Assembly: GCA_963776245.1 (NCBI GenBank)
Contig: CAVZLN010000006.1
Span: 128,001 to 192,000 of the forward strand
Reading direction: 5' to 3'
Source: Candidatus Eiseniibacteriota bacterium
Lineage (GTDB): Bacteria > Eisenbacteria > RBG-16-71-46
Length of the DNA: 64,000 nt
The number at the start of each line of letters is the position of its first letter. Within the stretch, counting starts at the first letter, position 1. Shown in pieces: positions 1-11,422 of the stretch. A program made the position numbers and the translations under genes. The notes under the pieces are model-generated. The model did no database searches, had not been told where the DNA came from, and worked only from the letters and a program-made list of their open reading frames with translations.

Positions 1-189
1 GTCCGCCACCACCGGCATCGCGCCGCCCAGCCCGACGCACGCCTCGGCGGTGCGGCCGGCACGCGTGGAGTCGATCACCGCGGCGACCTCGTGCGGGCGG
101 TAGCGCAGCAGGCCGACGGCCGTCTTCGCGTCGAGCGGAGCGAAGCAGCCTTCGGCGAGCACCGCGAGCCGTCGGGGGGATCCGAGCAT
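1..189 (-). CDS. DUF1611 domain-containing protein (DgcN-like), N-terminal part, truncated by the window edge
   Basis: Manual translation from ATG 189: MLGSPRRLAVLAEGCFAPLDAKTAVGLLRYRPHEVAAVIDSTRAG. The AKTA.GLLRY...VIDS..AG pattern is typical of the DUF1611 N-terminus. It starts 4 nt after the bshA stop. Confidence 0.75.
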   Translation of the reverse strand, partial: MLGSPRRLAVLAEGCFAPLDAKTAVGLLRYRPHEVAAVIDSTRAGRTAEACVGLGGAMPVVAD

Positions 190-193
190 GTCC

Positions 194-1453
194 CTACCGG
201 AGCGAGTCGTACACCTGGATGTAGCGCGACACCATGTCATCCACATCGAACCGCGTCCGTGCCACCTTGCGCGCGCGCCGGCCCATCGCACGCCGCATCG
301 GCTCGTCCTGGAGCAGACGCAGCGCCGACGACACGAACCCGGCGATGTGCCCGGGATCGTGGAGGAAGCCCGTGACCCCGTGGTCGATGACCTCCGGCAG
401 ACCACCGGCGTTCGAGGCCACCACCGGCACCTCGGCGCTCATGGCCTCCAGCGCGACCAGCCCGAAGCTCTCCGAGGAGCTCGGTAGGAGGAAGATATCG
501 GCCATCGGCAGCAGTTCCTCCATGCAATCCTGGTTGCCGAGGAAGAGCACGTCGCGCTCCACCCCGAGCTCGCGGGCGAGGTGCTCGGCGCCGGCCTTCT
601 CGGGGCCGTCGCCGATCATCACCAGCTTGCTCTTGATCCGCCGCCGGACCTCGGCGAACACCTGAATCACCGCCGGGATGTTCTTGACCGGACGGAAGTT
701 GGACGCGTGCATCAGGATCCGGGTCTCGGGCCCGGCGAGGCGCAGCGCCACCTTGCGGTTGGGGGTGAAGATCTTCGAGTCGACGAAGTTGTAGATCACC
801 TCGATGGGCCGGGTGATGCCGAACGAGGCCTCGGCGCGGTCCTTGAGGAAGCGGCTCACCGCCGTCACCCGGTCGCTCGACTGGATGCTGAACTGGGTCA
901 CGCGGAAGAACGCGGGCTCGAGCCCGACCACGGTGATGTCGGTGCCGTGGAGCGTGGTCACGACGCCGAGCTGGCGCGGCAGCAGGAGCTGGCGCGCGAG
1001 GTACGCGCTGGCCGCGAACGGCATCGCGTAGTGCACGTGGAGCACGTCGAGGTCGTAGTTCTCGACCACCTCCACCATCTTGGTGGTGAGCGCCAGGTTG
1101 GCCGGCGCGTGGTCGAACACCGGGTACGAGGCGGGCGTGGACTCGTGGAAGAACACGTTCGACTCGAAGCGGCGCAGCCGGAACGGCAGGCGATGCGCGA
1201 TGAAGTGCACCTCGAAGCCGCGCCGCGCCAGTTCGATGCCCAGTTCGGTCGCCACCACGCCGCTGCCGCCGAAGTGCGAGTAGCAGGTGATGCCGACGCG
1301 GCGCCGGCGCGGCGCCCGCGGGGGCTTGGCCGCGGCGGCCGCGGCGCGGCGCGCACGCACCGGCTTGACCGCCGCGTGCGAGGGTCGCGGCGGTGACGCG
1401 GCGCGGCGCTTCGGGGGGCGGCGTTTCGCGCGGGTCGCGCGGACCGGGCTCAT
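194..1453 (-). CDS. bshA: N-acetyl-alpha-D-glucosaminyl L-malate synthase BshA (GT4), with a basic N-terminal extension
   Basis: Motifs GITCY..GGSGVVATELG, HVHYAMP, TTLHGTDIT, HASNFRPVK and ESFGLVALEAM. The ATG overlaps the bshB1 stop (ATGA). Confidence 0.93.
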   Translation of the reverse strand: MSPVRATRAKRRPPKRRAASPPRPSHAAVKPVRARRAAAAAAKPPRAPRRRRVGITCYSHFGGSGVVATELGIELARRGFEVHFIAHRLPFRLRRFESNVFFHESTPASYPVFDHAPANLALTTKMVEVVENYDLDVLHVHYAMPFAASAYLARQLLLPRQLGVVTTLHGTDITVVGLEPAFFRVTQFSIQSSDRVTAVSRFLKDRAEASFGITRPIEVIYNFVDSKIFTPNRKVALRLAGPETRILMHASNFRPVKNIPAVIQVFAEVRRRIKSKLVMIGDGPEKAGAEHLARELGVERDVLFLGNQDCMEELLPMADIFLLPSSSESFGLVALEAMSAEVPVVASNAGGLPEVIDHGVTGFLHDPGHIAGFVSSALRLLQDEPMRRAMGRRARKVARTRFDVDDMVSRYIQVYDSLR

Positions 1454-2172
1454 GCGGTGGGTCCCTCCTGCGGCGGTGCGAGCAGCGCGCCCACGTCGTG
1501 GATGCCGAGCGGGCCCGCGCTGCGGTAGCCCTCGCCGAAGCGCGCGCCGACGCGCGCGCCGAGCACGCGCGCGCGCGCCTCGACCTCGGCGAGGAAGTCC
1601 GGATGGGTGAGGTAGGTGGACGGGCCGGCGGCCGGGTCGAGCTGGCTGGCGTGCGCGCGCAGCGCGGCCATGCGCGCCTGCCACGCGGCCGAGACGTCCA
1701 CCACCACGCGCGGGACGGCGCCGTCGCGATAGATCGCAAACAGCAGCCGCGGCGGACGGTGGCGCTCGCCCGGCGCGTCGTAGCGCGCCAGCCCCGAGAC
1801 GTAGCACGCGCGGCGGACCAGGTGGTGCGCCTCGACGTGGTCGGGGTGGGCGTCCTCGCGCCACGGCGCCACCACCAGCGACGGGCGATGGCGGCGCACG
1901 GCCGCGACCACGGCGCGCAGCTGCGCCGGGTCGTGCCGGCTGAGCCCGAGATCGGGGAGCCCGAGGCACTCGCGCAGCGTCACGCCCAGCGCCCGCGCCG
2001 CCGCCTGCGCCTCGAGCGCCCGCTGTTCCGGGGTGCCGCGGCTGGCGGCCTCGCCGGCGGTGAGGTCCACCAGCACCACCTCGCGCCCGGCGGCCGCGAG
2101 GCGCGCGGCCAGCCCGCCCGAGGTGAGTTCGATGTCGTCGGGATGCGCACCGAAGAACAGCGCGTCGCTCAT
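1450..2172 (-). CDS. bshB1: Bacillithiol biosynthesis deacetylase BshB1 (PIG-L family)
   Basis: Motifs GAHPDDIE, DLTAGEAASRGT, HPDH and AHASQ. Lies between bshC and bshA. Confidence 0.9.
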   Translation of the reverse strand: MSDALFFGAHPDDIELTSGGLAARLAAAGREVVLVDLTAGEAASRGTPEQRALEAQAAARALGVTLRECLGLPDLGLSRHDPAQLRAVVAAVRRHRPSLVVAPWREDAHPDHVEAHHLVRRACYVSGLARYDAPGERHRPPRLLFAIYRDGAVPRVVVDVSAAWQARMAALRAHASQLDPAAGPSTYLTHPDFLAEVEARARVLGARVGARFGEGYRSAGPLGIHDVGALLAPPQEGPTA

Positions 2173-3800
2173 GATCCCAGCTCCAGCACGGCGTGCTCGT
2201 GCACGCCGGCGGCCAGCCGCTCGGCATGTTCGGTGGCGAGCGCCGCCAGTTCGGCGCCCACCCCCGCGCCGCGGTAGGCGACCGGCTCGAGCGTGGCGAG
2301 CCGGCGCTCCTGCAGGCGGTCACCGGGCAGCAGGTGGTAGCGCACGCGCGGCCACTCGGGATGCAACCGGTCGAGCCGGTGGCGCACCTTGCCCGCCACG
2401 CCTTCGAACAGGCGCGCGTACTGGTAGTCGCTCTTGGCGCGCGCCGACTCCACCATCTGGGGCAGGCTCCCGTCCACCGCGCGCACCTCCGAGTCGAGCC
2501 GCGCGAAGCCCTCCATCGCGGCGCGCCGCTCGCCGTCGAGCAGCGCGCGGAGCCCGGCCGGGATCGCCCGTTCGGCATGCGCGCGCAGCACCGCGTCGGG
2601 CGCCGCGATCAGCTCGACCGCGTCGGCGCCCGAGGCCTCGAGCAGTTCCACCGCCGCCGGCGCGAGCCAGGTGGCCCCGAAGCGCGGCACCGGGCACGCG
2701 GCGCGCACGCCGAGGCCCTCGAACACCTCGCGCAGCTGGGCGAGGTAGGCGATCTCGCCCGGACCGCACGCCATCGCCACGGTCGGGAACACCGCGTCCT
2801 GCACCGCGGGCCGCAGCGCCACGCTCGGCGAGAGCGTCAGCCCCGGGCCGCGCTCCCGCGCCTCGGCCGCCGTCACCTTGTGGCGCGCGCCGTCCGCGAG
2901 CGCGAACACGAACGACTCGAGCGCGGCGTCGCCGAGCGGACGCTTGCCCACCTGCTGCTCGAGCCACGCCCCCGCGCGGCGCGCCGCGGCCGAGAGCTCG
3001 TCGGCCCGCGCCAGGTAGCGGTCGATCACCTCGCGGGCGGCGGCGCGGAACGCCGGCAGGCGCGGGTCCACCACCACCAGCCCCTGCGCGCCGAAGAGCG
3101 CGAGCATGAGCGCGCTGGTCGCCTCACCGAGGTCGCGCGCCGGCGCGCACGCGCGAGCCAGCAGGGTCCGCGCCGCGTCGTGGCCGGGCAGGCCCTCCCA
3201 GTGCGCCAGCGCCAGGCGGTGGAGCGTCTCGAGGGGCGCGCACGCGATGCCGCCCACCAGCCCCCCGTCGCGATGGGCGTCGTCCGGCAGCCCCAGTTCG
3301 TGCAGCTCCAGCCCGCGGTCGGACACCGTGACCGAGCGGATCTCGGCGAAGTCGGAGTCCTCGCCATGCATCCAGAACAGCGGCACGCATGGCATCCCGG
3401 CGCGGGCCGTCACGACGGTCGCGAGCCCGATGGTGCTGGCGGTCTTGTGGAGCGAGTAGAGCGGCCCGCCGAGCGGCGCCGGCTGCTGCCCCGCGACGGC
3501 GCACACCGCCTCGCCGCGCGCCAGCCGCGCGAGCGCGGCGAGCGACTCGGGAGGCGCGCCGAGACGGCGGTGGTAGTCCTCCAGCGCGGCCGCGAGGGCC
3601 GCGGGCAGGGGAGCGCGCTTGGCGGCGGCGAGCGCGACCAGCGCGTCGCGGTCGCCGAAGTGGGTCGCGAAGCGCTCGCGCGCGAGCGGACCGCGGCGCA
3701 CGAGGTCCTCGCCGAGCGGATCGTGGAAGCGTTCGCGGAGCGGTCCGGACCCGGCGGCCACCCGCGCGCGCACGCGCAGCGACCCCGTCATCGGGGACAT
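2169..3800 (-). CDS. bshC: Bacillithiol biosynthesis cysteine-adding enzyme BshC
   Basis: Motifs AGQQ...GGPLYSLHK, PLFWMHGEDSDFAEI, SPSVALRP.VQD..FPT, GPGEIAYLAQL and LQER. Confidence 0.88.
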   Translation of the reverse strand: MSPMTGSLRVRARVAAGSGPLRERFHDPLGEDLVRRGPLARERFATHFGDRDALVALAAAKRAPLPAALAAALEDYHRRLGAPPESLAALARLARGEAVCAVAGQQPAPLGGPLYSLHKTASTIGLATVVTARAGMPCVPLFWMHGEDSDFAEIRSVTVSDRGLELHELGLPDDAHRDGGLVGGIACAPLETLHRLALAHWEGLPGHDAARTLLARACAPARDLGEATSALMLALFGAQGLVVVDPRLPAFRAAAREVIDRYLARADELSAAARRAGAWLEQQVGKRPLGDAALESFVFALADGARHKVTAAEARERGPGLTLSPSVALRPAVQDAVFPTVAMACGPGEIAYLAQLREVFEGLGVRAACPVPRFGATWLAPAAVELLEASGADAVELIAAPDAVLRAHAERAIPAGLRALLDGERRAAMEGFARLDSEVRAVDGSLPQMVESARAKSDYQYARLFEGVAGKVRHRLDRLHPEWPRVRYHLLPGDRLQERRLATLEPVAYRGAGVGAELAALATEHAERLAAGVHEHAVLELGS

Positions 3801-3881
3801 CGTCCCGCTCGTGACGCGGCGCCGGTGGGTGCGGCGGGCCGCGGGCGCGCGCCTCGTCGATCGAGTGGCATCAGGCTCGGC

Positions 3882-3910
3882 ATCTTAGGGAGCGACCCGG
3901 GCAGGGTCAA
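3882..3910 (-). promoter_or_regulatory. Sigma-70-type promoter of the bsh operon
   Basis: Minus strand TTGACC-17 nt-TAAGAT, about 80 nt upstream of bshC. Confidence 0.65.
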
Positions 3911-4548
3911 CCGTCGGCGCGCGCGCCGAAGACCGCCCGCCACGCCCGGACGCAGGCGGCGCGGCGCCGCCGCGGGGCCACCCGCTTCCCCGCCTCCAGG
4001 GCCGCGCGGATCTCCGCGCGGCTCGCTCCCAGCCGGCGCGCGCCCCGCAGGTGACTGACCAGCTGGCGTTCCCAGCCGCCCGCGGCCAGCACCGCCACGG
4101 CCACGCGCTCGCGCTCGGGCCCGCCGAGCCCCCGGCGCGCGAGCACCCGGCCGTAGCCCTGCTCCACCATCCAGCGCGCGAGGTCGGGATGCAGCGCCCG
4201 CACGCCGCGCACCAGCCGCGGGTAGACCGGACCGTACACGCGACGGCACAGGTCGCGCCCCCGCGCCATCCATGCGTCGGGGCCGCCCTCGCGCGTGCGA
4301 CGGGCGCGCCCGGGCCACACCTCGGCCAGCACCCGCACCCCCTCGAGGGCCGCCGGGTAGCCGGCGTGGAGCATCAGCATGAGCGCCGTCTCCTCGGCCT
4401 CGACGCGCGTCGCTCCCGCGCCCCGCGCGCGGCGGAGTGCCCGCCCGGCGGCCCGCGTCTCCCCCGCGCACATGGCGGCCGCGAATCCCACCAGCGCGCG
4501 CACCGCGCGGGCGCGCCTCGGGTCGGTGGTCGTGCTTGACGCTCGCAT
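3907..4548 (-). CDS. Carboxymuconolactone decarboxylase/AhpD-like protein
   Basis: Motifs LMLMLHAGYPAAL, W..EQGYGRVLAR.GL...ERE and QLVSHLRGARRLGAS..EI. No CxxC. Confidence 0.75.
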   Translation of the reverse strand: MRASSTTTDPRRARAVRALVGFAAAMCAGETRAAGRALRRARGAGATRVEAEETALMLMLHAGYPAALEGVRVLAEVWPGRARRTREGGPDAWMARGRDLCRRVYGPVYPRLVRGVRALHPDLARWMVEQGYGRVLARRGLGGPERERVAVAVLAAGGWERQLVSHLRGARRLGASRAEIRAALEAGKRVAPRRRRAACVRAWRAVFGARADG

Positions 4549-4586
4549 CGGCCCGGCACACTATCCGCGCGCTTCGTCGCCATCAA
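4536..4586. promoter_or_regulatory. Bidirectional sigma-70-type promoter with overlapping -10 elements
   Basis: Plus strand TTGACG(4536)-17-CACTAT(4559-4564). Minus strand TTGATG(4586)-17-TAGTGT(4563-4558). Confidence 0.5.
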
Positions 4587-4635
4587 GCCCTTCCCGGCCC
4601 GGAGACCCGATGCGTTCCGTTCTCTCGAGTCCGAT

Positions 4636-5811
4636 GTGATCCCGGGCCCGCTCCCCCCGGACGAGGCTCAGAAGGCGGCGGTCCACGCGGTGTGGACCTT
4701 CCCCTCGATCCTGGTGTCGGCCTTCCTGGTGGCGTGGGGCGCCGAGGCCGCGCAGTTCTACATCTCCCAGGGCCTCGCCCTCGCCCTGCTCGCGTGGCTG
4801 CAGACGCTGCCGGAGTTCGCGGTCGAGGCGGCCATCGCGTGGCAGCAGGACACCTCGCTCATCACCGCCAACTTCACCGGCGCGCTCCGCCTGCTCACCG
4901 GCGTCGGCTGGCCCATGATCTGGGTGGTGGCGGCGGTGTCGCGCTGGCAGCGCGGGCAGCGCAGCTGGAATCCCACCATCGAGCTCGATCCGGAGCACGC
5001 GGTCGAGGTGGTCGGCCTGGTGCTGCCGCTGCTCTACTTCACCAAGATCATCTTCACCGGCCTGATCACCCTGTTCGACTCCGGGGTCCTGGTGGCGCTC
5101 TACCTCGGCTACCTGTGGGTGCTCAGCCGCGTGCCACCCCGCGAGAGCGAGGAGCTCGACGATGTCGCCGCGGTGGTGCGCTCGATCGTCCGCCTCACCG
5201 CGCCGCGCCGGGTGGCGGCGATCGTGCTGCTGTTCGTCGGGGGCGGGCTGCTGCTCGGCTTCACCGCCACCCCGTTCCTGTTCAGCATGCAAGGGCTCGC
5301 GTACGCGCTCGGGGTCACGCCGTTCGTGTTCGTGCAGTGGGTGGCGCCGTTCCTGTCGGAGTTCCCCGAGAAGATCAGCGCCTTCTACTGGGCCCGCACC
5401 CGCGGCAAGGCGGGCATGGCGCTCATGAACATGGCGTCGAGCAACATCAACCAGTGGACCGTGCTGGCGGCGATGATCCCGATCGTGTACTCCCTGTCGA
5501 AGGGCGCGCCGACGCCGGTCCCGGTGGGCGAGCATCGCGTGGAGCTCGTGCTCACGCTGCTCCAGAGCATGCTGGGCGTGGTGCTGCTCTCCAACTTCCG
5601 CTTCGAGGGCTACGAGGCGATCGGCCTGTTCGGGCTGTGGCTGGCGCAGTTCCTCCAGCCGAGCCTGCGCGAGGAGGCGTGCGTCCTCTACGGCATCTGG
5701 CTGGTGGTCGAGCTGAGCTCGGCGGCGTGGCGTCCGGGACGGCTGCGGGCCTTCCCGATGTTCTGGCGCCTGGTGCGCCAGGCCCCGCCGGTCCGCCAGC
5801 GGAAACGCTGA
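4636..5811 (+). CDS. Sodium/calcium (cation:Ca2+) exchanger family membrane protein
   Basis: About 10 hydrophobic helices, with alpha-repeat motifs QTLPEFAV...ANFTGA and SEFPEK...SSNINQWT. Confidence 0.8.
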   Translation: MIPGPLPPDEAQKAAVHAVWTFPSILVSAFLVAWGAEAAQFYISQGLALALLAWLQTLPEFAVEAAIAWQQDTSLITANFTGALRLLTGVGWPMIWVVAAVSRWQRGQRSWNPTIELDPEHAVEVVGLVLPLLYFTKIIFTGLITLFDSGVLVALYLGYLWVLSRVPPRESEELDDVAAVVRSIVRLTAPRRVAAIVLLFVGGGLLLGFTATPFLFSMQGLAYALGVTPFVFVQWVAPFLSEFPEKISAFYWARTRGKAGMALMNMASSNINQWTVLAAMIPIVYSLSKGAPTPVPVGEHRVELVLTLLQSMLGVVLLSNFRFEGYEAIGLFGLWLAQFLQPSLREEACVLYGIWLVVELSSAAWRPGRLRAFPMFWRLVRQAPPVRQRKR

Positions 5812-5817
5812 GCGGGG

Positions 5818-7416
<1,599 letters not shown>

Positions 7417-7433
7417 GCGCGCGCCTCCGGGCA

Positions 7434-7462
7434 TTGCCGGTGCCCCATCCGCATGCTAGCGT
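7434..7462 (+). promoter_or_regulatory. Sigma-70-type promoter of uppP (probably leaderless)
   Basis: TTGCCG-17-TAGCGT with an extended TG, 8 nt before ATG 7471. Confidence 0.5.
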
Positions 7463-7470
7463 GCGCCGCC

Positions 7471-8277
7471 ATGTTCCTGCCCCTGCCATGGTTCGAAGCG
7501 ATCGCGCTCGGCGCGCTCCAGGGACTCTCGGAGTTCCTCCCGGTCTCGAGCAGCGCCCACCTGTACGTGGTGCCCGAGCTGCTCCACTGGAAATACAACG
7601 GGCTCGCGTTCGACGTCGCCCTGCACTGGGGCACGCTGATCGCCCTGGTGCTCGCGTACGGGAACGTGTGGCTGGCGCTGGCGCGCGACGCGGTCACGGG
7701 CGCGCCGGAGGCACGGGCCCGCGCGTGGGACACCTGGCTCAAGATCGCCGCGGCCTCGGTCCCCGCGGCGATCGCGGGCGTGCTGCTGAAGGACATCGCC
7801 GAGACCGCCCTGCGCTCCATGCCGCTGCAGGCCGCCACGCTGTTCGGCTTCGGACTGCTGCTGTGGGCGGTGGACCGCAGCACGCCCCAGCGCGAGGACG
7901 CCGAGACGCCCGGATGGGCGGCGTGCCTCACCATGGGGGTGGCGCAGGCGGTGGCGCTGGTGCCGGGGGTCTCGCGCTCGGGGGTGACCATCACCGCCGG
8001 CCGCGCGCTCGGGCTCACGCGGGTGTCGGCCGCGCGGTTCTCGTTCCTGCTGGCCACGCCCATCACCTTCGGCGCGGGCCTGCTCGAGCTGCGGCACCTG
8101 CCCGCCGACCTGCCCGTGGGCCCGCTGCTGGTCGGGGTCGTCACCTCGGCGGTGGTGGGTCTGTTCGCCATCCGTGGCCTCATCCGCTGGCTCGGCAATG
8201 CGGGGTTCGGGGTCTTCTTCGCCTACCGCGCCGCGCTGGCGGCGGTCATCCTCGGCGGCTGGCTGGCGCACCGCTGA
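7471..8277 (+). CDS. uppP: Undecaprenyl-diphosphate phosphatase UppP/BacA
   Basis: Motifs LQGLSEFLPVSSSAH, FDVALHWGTL, PGVSRSG.TI and AARFSFLL. Confidence 0.93.
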   Translation: MFLPLPWFEAIALGALQGLSEFLPVSSSAHLYVVPELLHWKYNGLAFDVALHWGTLIALVLAYGNVWLALARDAVTGAPEARARAWDTWLKIAAASVPAAIAGVLLKDIAETALRSMPLQAATLFGFGLLLWAVDRSTPQREDAETPGWAACLTMGVAQAVALVPGVSRSGVTITAGRALGLTRVSAARFSFLLATPITFGAGLLELRHLPADLPVGPLLVGVVTSAVVGLFAIRGLIRWLGNAGFGVFFAYRAALAAVILGGWLAHR

Positions 8278-8301
8278 GCGCGCGGGCCAGCCGGAGCGCG
8301 T

Positions 8302-8919
8302 TCACACCGGCCCGCGTTCCCGCTTCGTCATCTTGTCGGTGAAGTAGCGATTGATGCGGTCGCGCAGCTGGATGCGCGCGCGGTGCAGCCGCGACTTCAC
8401 CGCGGCGACCGACAGGCCGAGCGATTCGGCGACGTCGGCGTTCGACAGGCCCTCGACGTCGCGCAGCAGGAACACCTGCTTGAGATCCTCGGGCAGCCGG
8501 TCCAGCGCCTCCTCCATCACCTCGCGCATCTCGGCGGTGAGCAGGTCCTCCACCGGCTGGGTGGACCAGTCGGGGATCTGGAGGCCTTCGGCCTCCTCGG
8601 CGCCGCTCTGCGACTGCTCGAACGACACGTGCCCGACGCGGCGCTTGCGGTACTTCATGAGCGCGGCGTTGGTGGCGATGCGATAGAGCCAGGTCGAGAA
8701 CGTGGACTCGGCCTTGAAGTTCTTGAGCCCGCGGAACGCCGAGAGGAAGGCGTCCTGGAGCGCCTCGGCGGCGTCGTCCTCGTGGCGCAGGATCTTGTAC
8801 GAGAGCCGGTACACCTTCTCGCGGTAGCGGTTCACCAGCTCGTCGAACGCGCGCGTCTCCCCGACCTGGGCCGCGCGCACCAGCTCCTCGTCGGGCAGCG
8901 GCCGGTAGTCGACGTTCAT
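8302..8919 (-). CDS. ECF-type sigma-70 RNA polymerase sigma factor
   Basis: Region 2 AFDELV.RY, DA..ALQDAFL, FSTWLYRIATN; region 4 LRDVEGLS..DVA..LG...AVKSRLHRAR. ATGA-coupled to the upstream gene. Confidence 0.9.
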   Translation of the reverse strand: MNVDYRPLPDEELVRAAQVGETRAFDELVNRYREKVYRLSYKILRHEDDAAEALQDAFLSAFRGLKNFKAESTFSTWLYRIATNAALMKYRKRRVGHVSFEQSQSGAEEAEGLQIPDWSTQPVEDLLTAEMREVMEEALDRLPEDLKQVFLLRDVEGLSNADVAESLGLSVAAVKSRLHRARIQLRDRINRYFTDKMTKRERGPV

Positions 8920-10535
8920 CGGCGCTCCGCGACGGCGGCCGGCTCGGGCGCGCGGGCGTGCACGAGCAGCCCGTCGATCAGCGTGGCCGCCACTCCCGCC
9001 CGCCACAGCGCCGCGGGCGGCAGCGCGTGCAGGTCCGCGTCCCACACCACGAGGTCCGCGGCCGCGCCGGGCGCCAGCCGCCCCACCCGCGGCCACATGC
9101 CGGCGAGGCGCGCCGGGGCCTCGGTGTAGGCGGTGAGCGCGGCGTCGAGCGGCACGCACTCGCCCGGCACGAAGCCGCCGGCCGGCGTGCCGTCGGCCCG
9201 CTGGCGCGTGAGCGCGGCATGGAGGCCCGCGGCGACATCGGGGGGCTCCACCGGCGCGTCGGAGCCGAAGGCCAGCAGCGCGCCCGCCGCGAGCACGCTC
9301 GCCCACGGGTACGCCCGCTCGCGACGAGCGCCCCAGTGGCGCTCGACCAGGTCCATGTCGCTGGTGCAGTGCGCCGGCTGCATGCTCGCCGCGACGCCGA
9401 GCGCCGCGAAGCGCGCGAGGTCGGCGCGGTGGACCAGCTGGGCGTGCTCCACCCGGCACGGCAGCGGCGCGCGATCGCGAGCCTCCTGCCCCGCGCCCTC
9501 GAACGCGTCGAGGGCCGCGCGCACGGCGCGATCGCCGATGGCGTGCACCGCCACCGCGAGCCCGCCGGCCAGCGCGCGCGCGACGGTGTCGCGCAGCTCG
9601 CGCGGCGGCATCAGGTCCATGCCGGTGCCGCCCCCCTCGTAGGGCTCGAGCATCGCCGCGGTCTGCGAGCCCAGCGTGCCGTCGGCGAACAGCTTGAGCG
9701 GGCCGACGCGGAACCGGTCGTCGCCGGTGCCGCTCGCCAGTCCGAGCGCCAGCGCGTGGTCGAGATCGGCGTGTCCCACCGACTTGAGCACCCGCAGCCG
9801 CCCCGCGCGCGCGAGCGCGAGCAGCGCGCGATGCGCGCCCGCGCCGGGGTCCATGTCGTGCACCGCGGTGACGCCGGCGACGTGCAGCGCCGCCGCCGCG
9901 TCGCGCGCCAGCGTGGCCTCGTCACCGGCCGCGGCGGTGGCTTCCGCCTCGAGCGCCGCGAACGCGCGCACCGCGTGCTCGTGCGCGATGCCGTTCGGCT
10001 CGCCCGCCGGGTCGCGCTCGAAGCTCCCGCCCGCGGGCTCGGGGGTCTCGCGGCCCACGCCCGCGAGGCGGAGCGCGGCGCTGTTGACCCACAGCGTGTG
10101 GTAGTCCTTGCTGTGCAGCAGCACCGGGCGCGGACCGCTCACCCCATCGAGCGCGGCGCGGTCGGGGGGCTCGTCCCAGCCGTTCGCGTCCCAGCCCCGG
10201 CCCACCACCGGCGCGTCGCCCGGATGCGACACCAGCCAGTCGCGCACCCGCCTCACCGCGTCCGCGCGGGTGCGCGCCTCGCCGAGCGCCAGCTGGACGC
10301 GGGCCCGGGCCCAGGTCATGAAGTGCACGTGCGCGTCCCACAGACCGGGCATGACCGTGGCGCCGCGCGCGTCGATGCGCCGCGTGCCGCGGCCCGCGAG
10401 CGGCGCGAGCTCCGCGGCCCGGCCGAGCGCCAGCACGCGTCCGCCCGCCACCGCCACCGCATCCGCGGCGATGACCGGCGCGCCGTCCGTCCACGGACGC
10501 GCGTTCACGATCAGCAGGTCGGCCTCAGTCCGCAT
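8916..10535 (-). CDS. Amidohydrolase (Amidohydro_3 / YtcJ-like)
   Basis: Motifs [34 protein letters not shown] and FGSDAPV. Confidence 0.88.
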   Translation of the reverse strand: MRTEADLLIVNARPWTDGAPVIAADAVAVAGGRVLALGRAAELAPLAGRGTRRIDARGATVMPGLWDAHVHFMTWARARVQLALGEARTRADAVRRVRDWLVSHPGDAPVVGRGWDANGWDEPPDRAALDGVSGPRPVLLHSKDYHTLWVNSAALRLAGVGRETPEPAGGSFERDPAGEPNGIAHEHAVRAFAALEAEATAAAGDEATLARDAAAALHVAGVTAVHDMDPGAGAHRALLALARAGRLRVLKSVGHADLDHALALGLASGTGDDRFRVGPLKLFADGTLGSQTAAMLEPYEGGGTGMDLMPPRELRDTVARALAGGLAVAVHAIGDRAVRAALDAFEGAGQEARDRAPLPCRVEHAQLVHRADLARFAALGVAASMQPAHCTSDMDLVERHWGARRERAYPWASVLAAGALLAFGSDAPVEPPDVAAGLHAALTRQRADGTPAGGFVPGECVPLDAALTAYTEAPARLAGMWPRVGRLAPGAAADLVVWDADLHALPPAALWRAGVAATLIDGLLVHARAPEPAAVAERR

Positions 10536-11329
10536 CCGGCGCGGCCTCCACACGGTTCGTGAGCACTCCGACTCCCTCGACCTCGATCTCGATGAGATCG
10601 CCGGGCGAGACCGGCGCCACGCCCGCCGGCGTGCCCGTGGCGATCAGGTCGCCGGGCTCGAGGGTCATGATGGACGAGATGAAGCTCACCAGCGCCGGGA
10701 CCCCGAACAGCAGGTCCGCGGTGCGCGCGTACTGGCGGCGCGCTCCGTTCACGCGGCATTCGACCGCGAGCGCGGCGGGATCCAGCCCGAGCGCCACCCA
10801 CGGCCCGACCGGCGCAAAGGTATCGAAGCCCTTGGCGCGTGTCCATTGGCCATCCGCGCGCTGATGGTTGCGCGCGCTCACGTCGTCGAAGCAGGTGAAC
10901 CCGGCCACGTGATCCATCGCGCTGGCCGCCCGCACGCGCTGCGCCCGGCGCCCGATGACCACGCCCAGCTCGCCCTCGGGATCGAGTCGCGTGACCCCGG
11001 CCGGGTAGCGGATGCGGATCGCCGCTGGCGATCACCGCGCTGGGCGGTTTGAGGAACAGCAGGGGCTCGCGCGGCGCCTCCGCGCCCGGCACCACGCTCG
11101 CGCTCTCGGCGATGTGGGCGCGGTAGTTGAGCCCCACGCACACGATCTTGGTCGGGACCACCGGCGCCAGCAGGGTCACCTGCGTCGAGCGGATCGTGCT
11201 CGCCGGTGGGAGTCCCCCCTCCCAGGGCTACGCGCTCAGGCGCGCGAAGCCGTCCGCGTCACGCTGTCCGACGTGGGCGCGGCCGTCGCGAAGGTAGCGG
11301 GCGATGAGGGGCGGGATCACGGGACGCAT
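10525..11329 (-). CDS. Fumarylacetoacetate hydrolase family protein; broken by an in-frame TAG (11228-11230) and a frameshift near 11015, probably sequencing errors
   Basis: [10 protein letters not shown] and [10 protein letters not shown] are in one frame; [24 protein letters not shown] and [12 protein letters not shown] are in another. ATG 11329 lies 8 nt below a TATCCT -10. Confidence 0.8.
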
Positions 11330-11422
11330 CACCCGGCAGGATACAGGCGCGGCTCCCGGAAGACGAGTCGCCGCGCGCCCGGGTTTGCGCCTCCGCGTGA
11401 GCGGGTGCTAGCCTCGCGCTTC

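Noticed and set aside
194..2578. Apparent long N-terminal fusions in the ORF track (bshA 794 aa, pgk 796 aa, pfk 649 aa, uppP 767 aa)
   Set aside because: The extensions are stop-free off-frame readings of neighbouring genes; the real starts are internal and coupled.
11228..11230. In-frame TAG in the FAH gene as pyrrolysine or stop-codon reassignment
   Set aside because: TAG terminates many genes here (bshA, murJ, dnaK, dcd), and the site lies in an indel-rich tract, so error is more likely.
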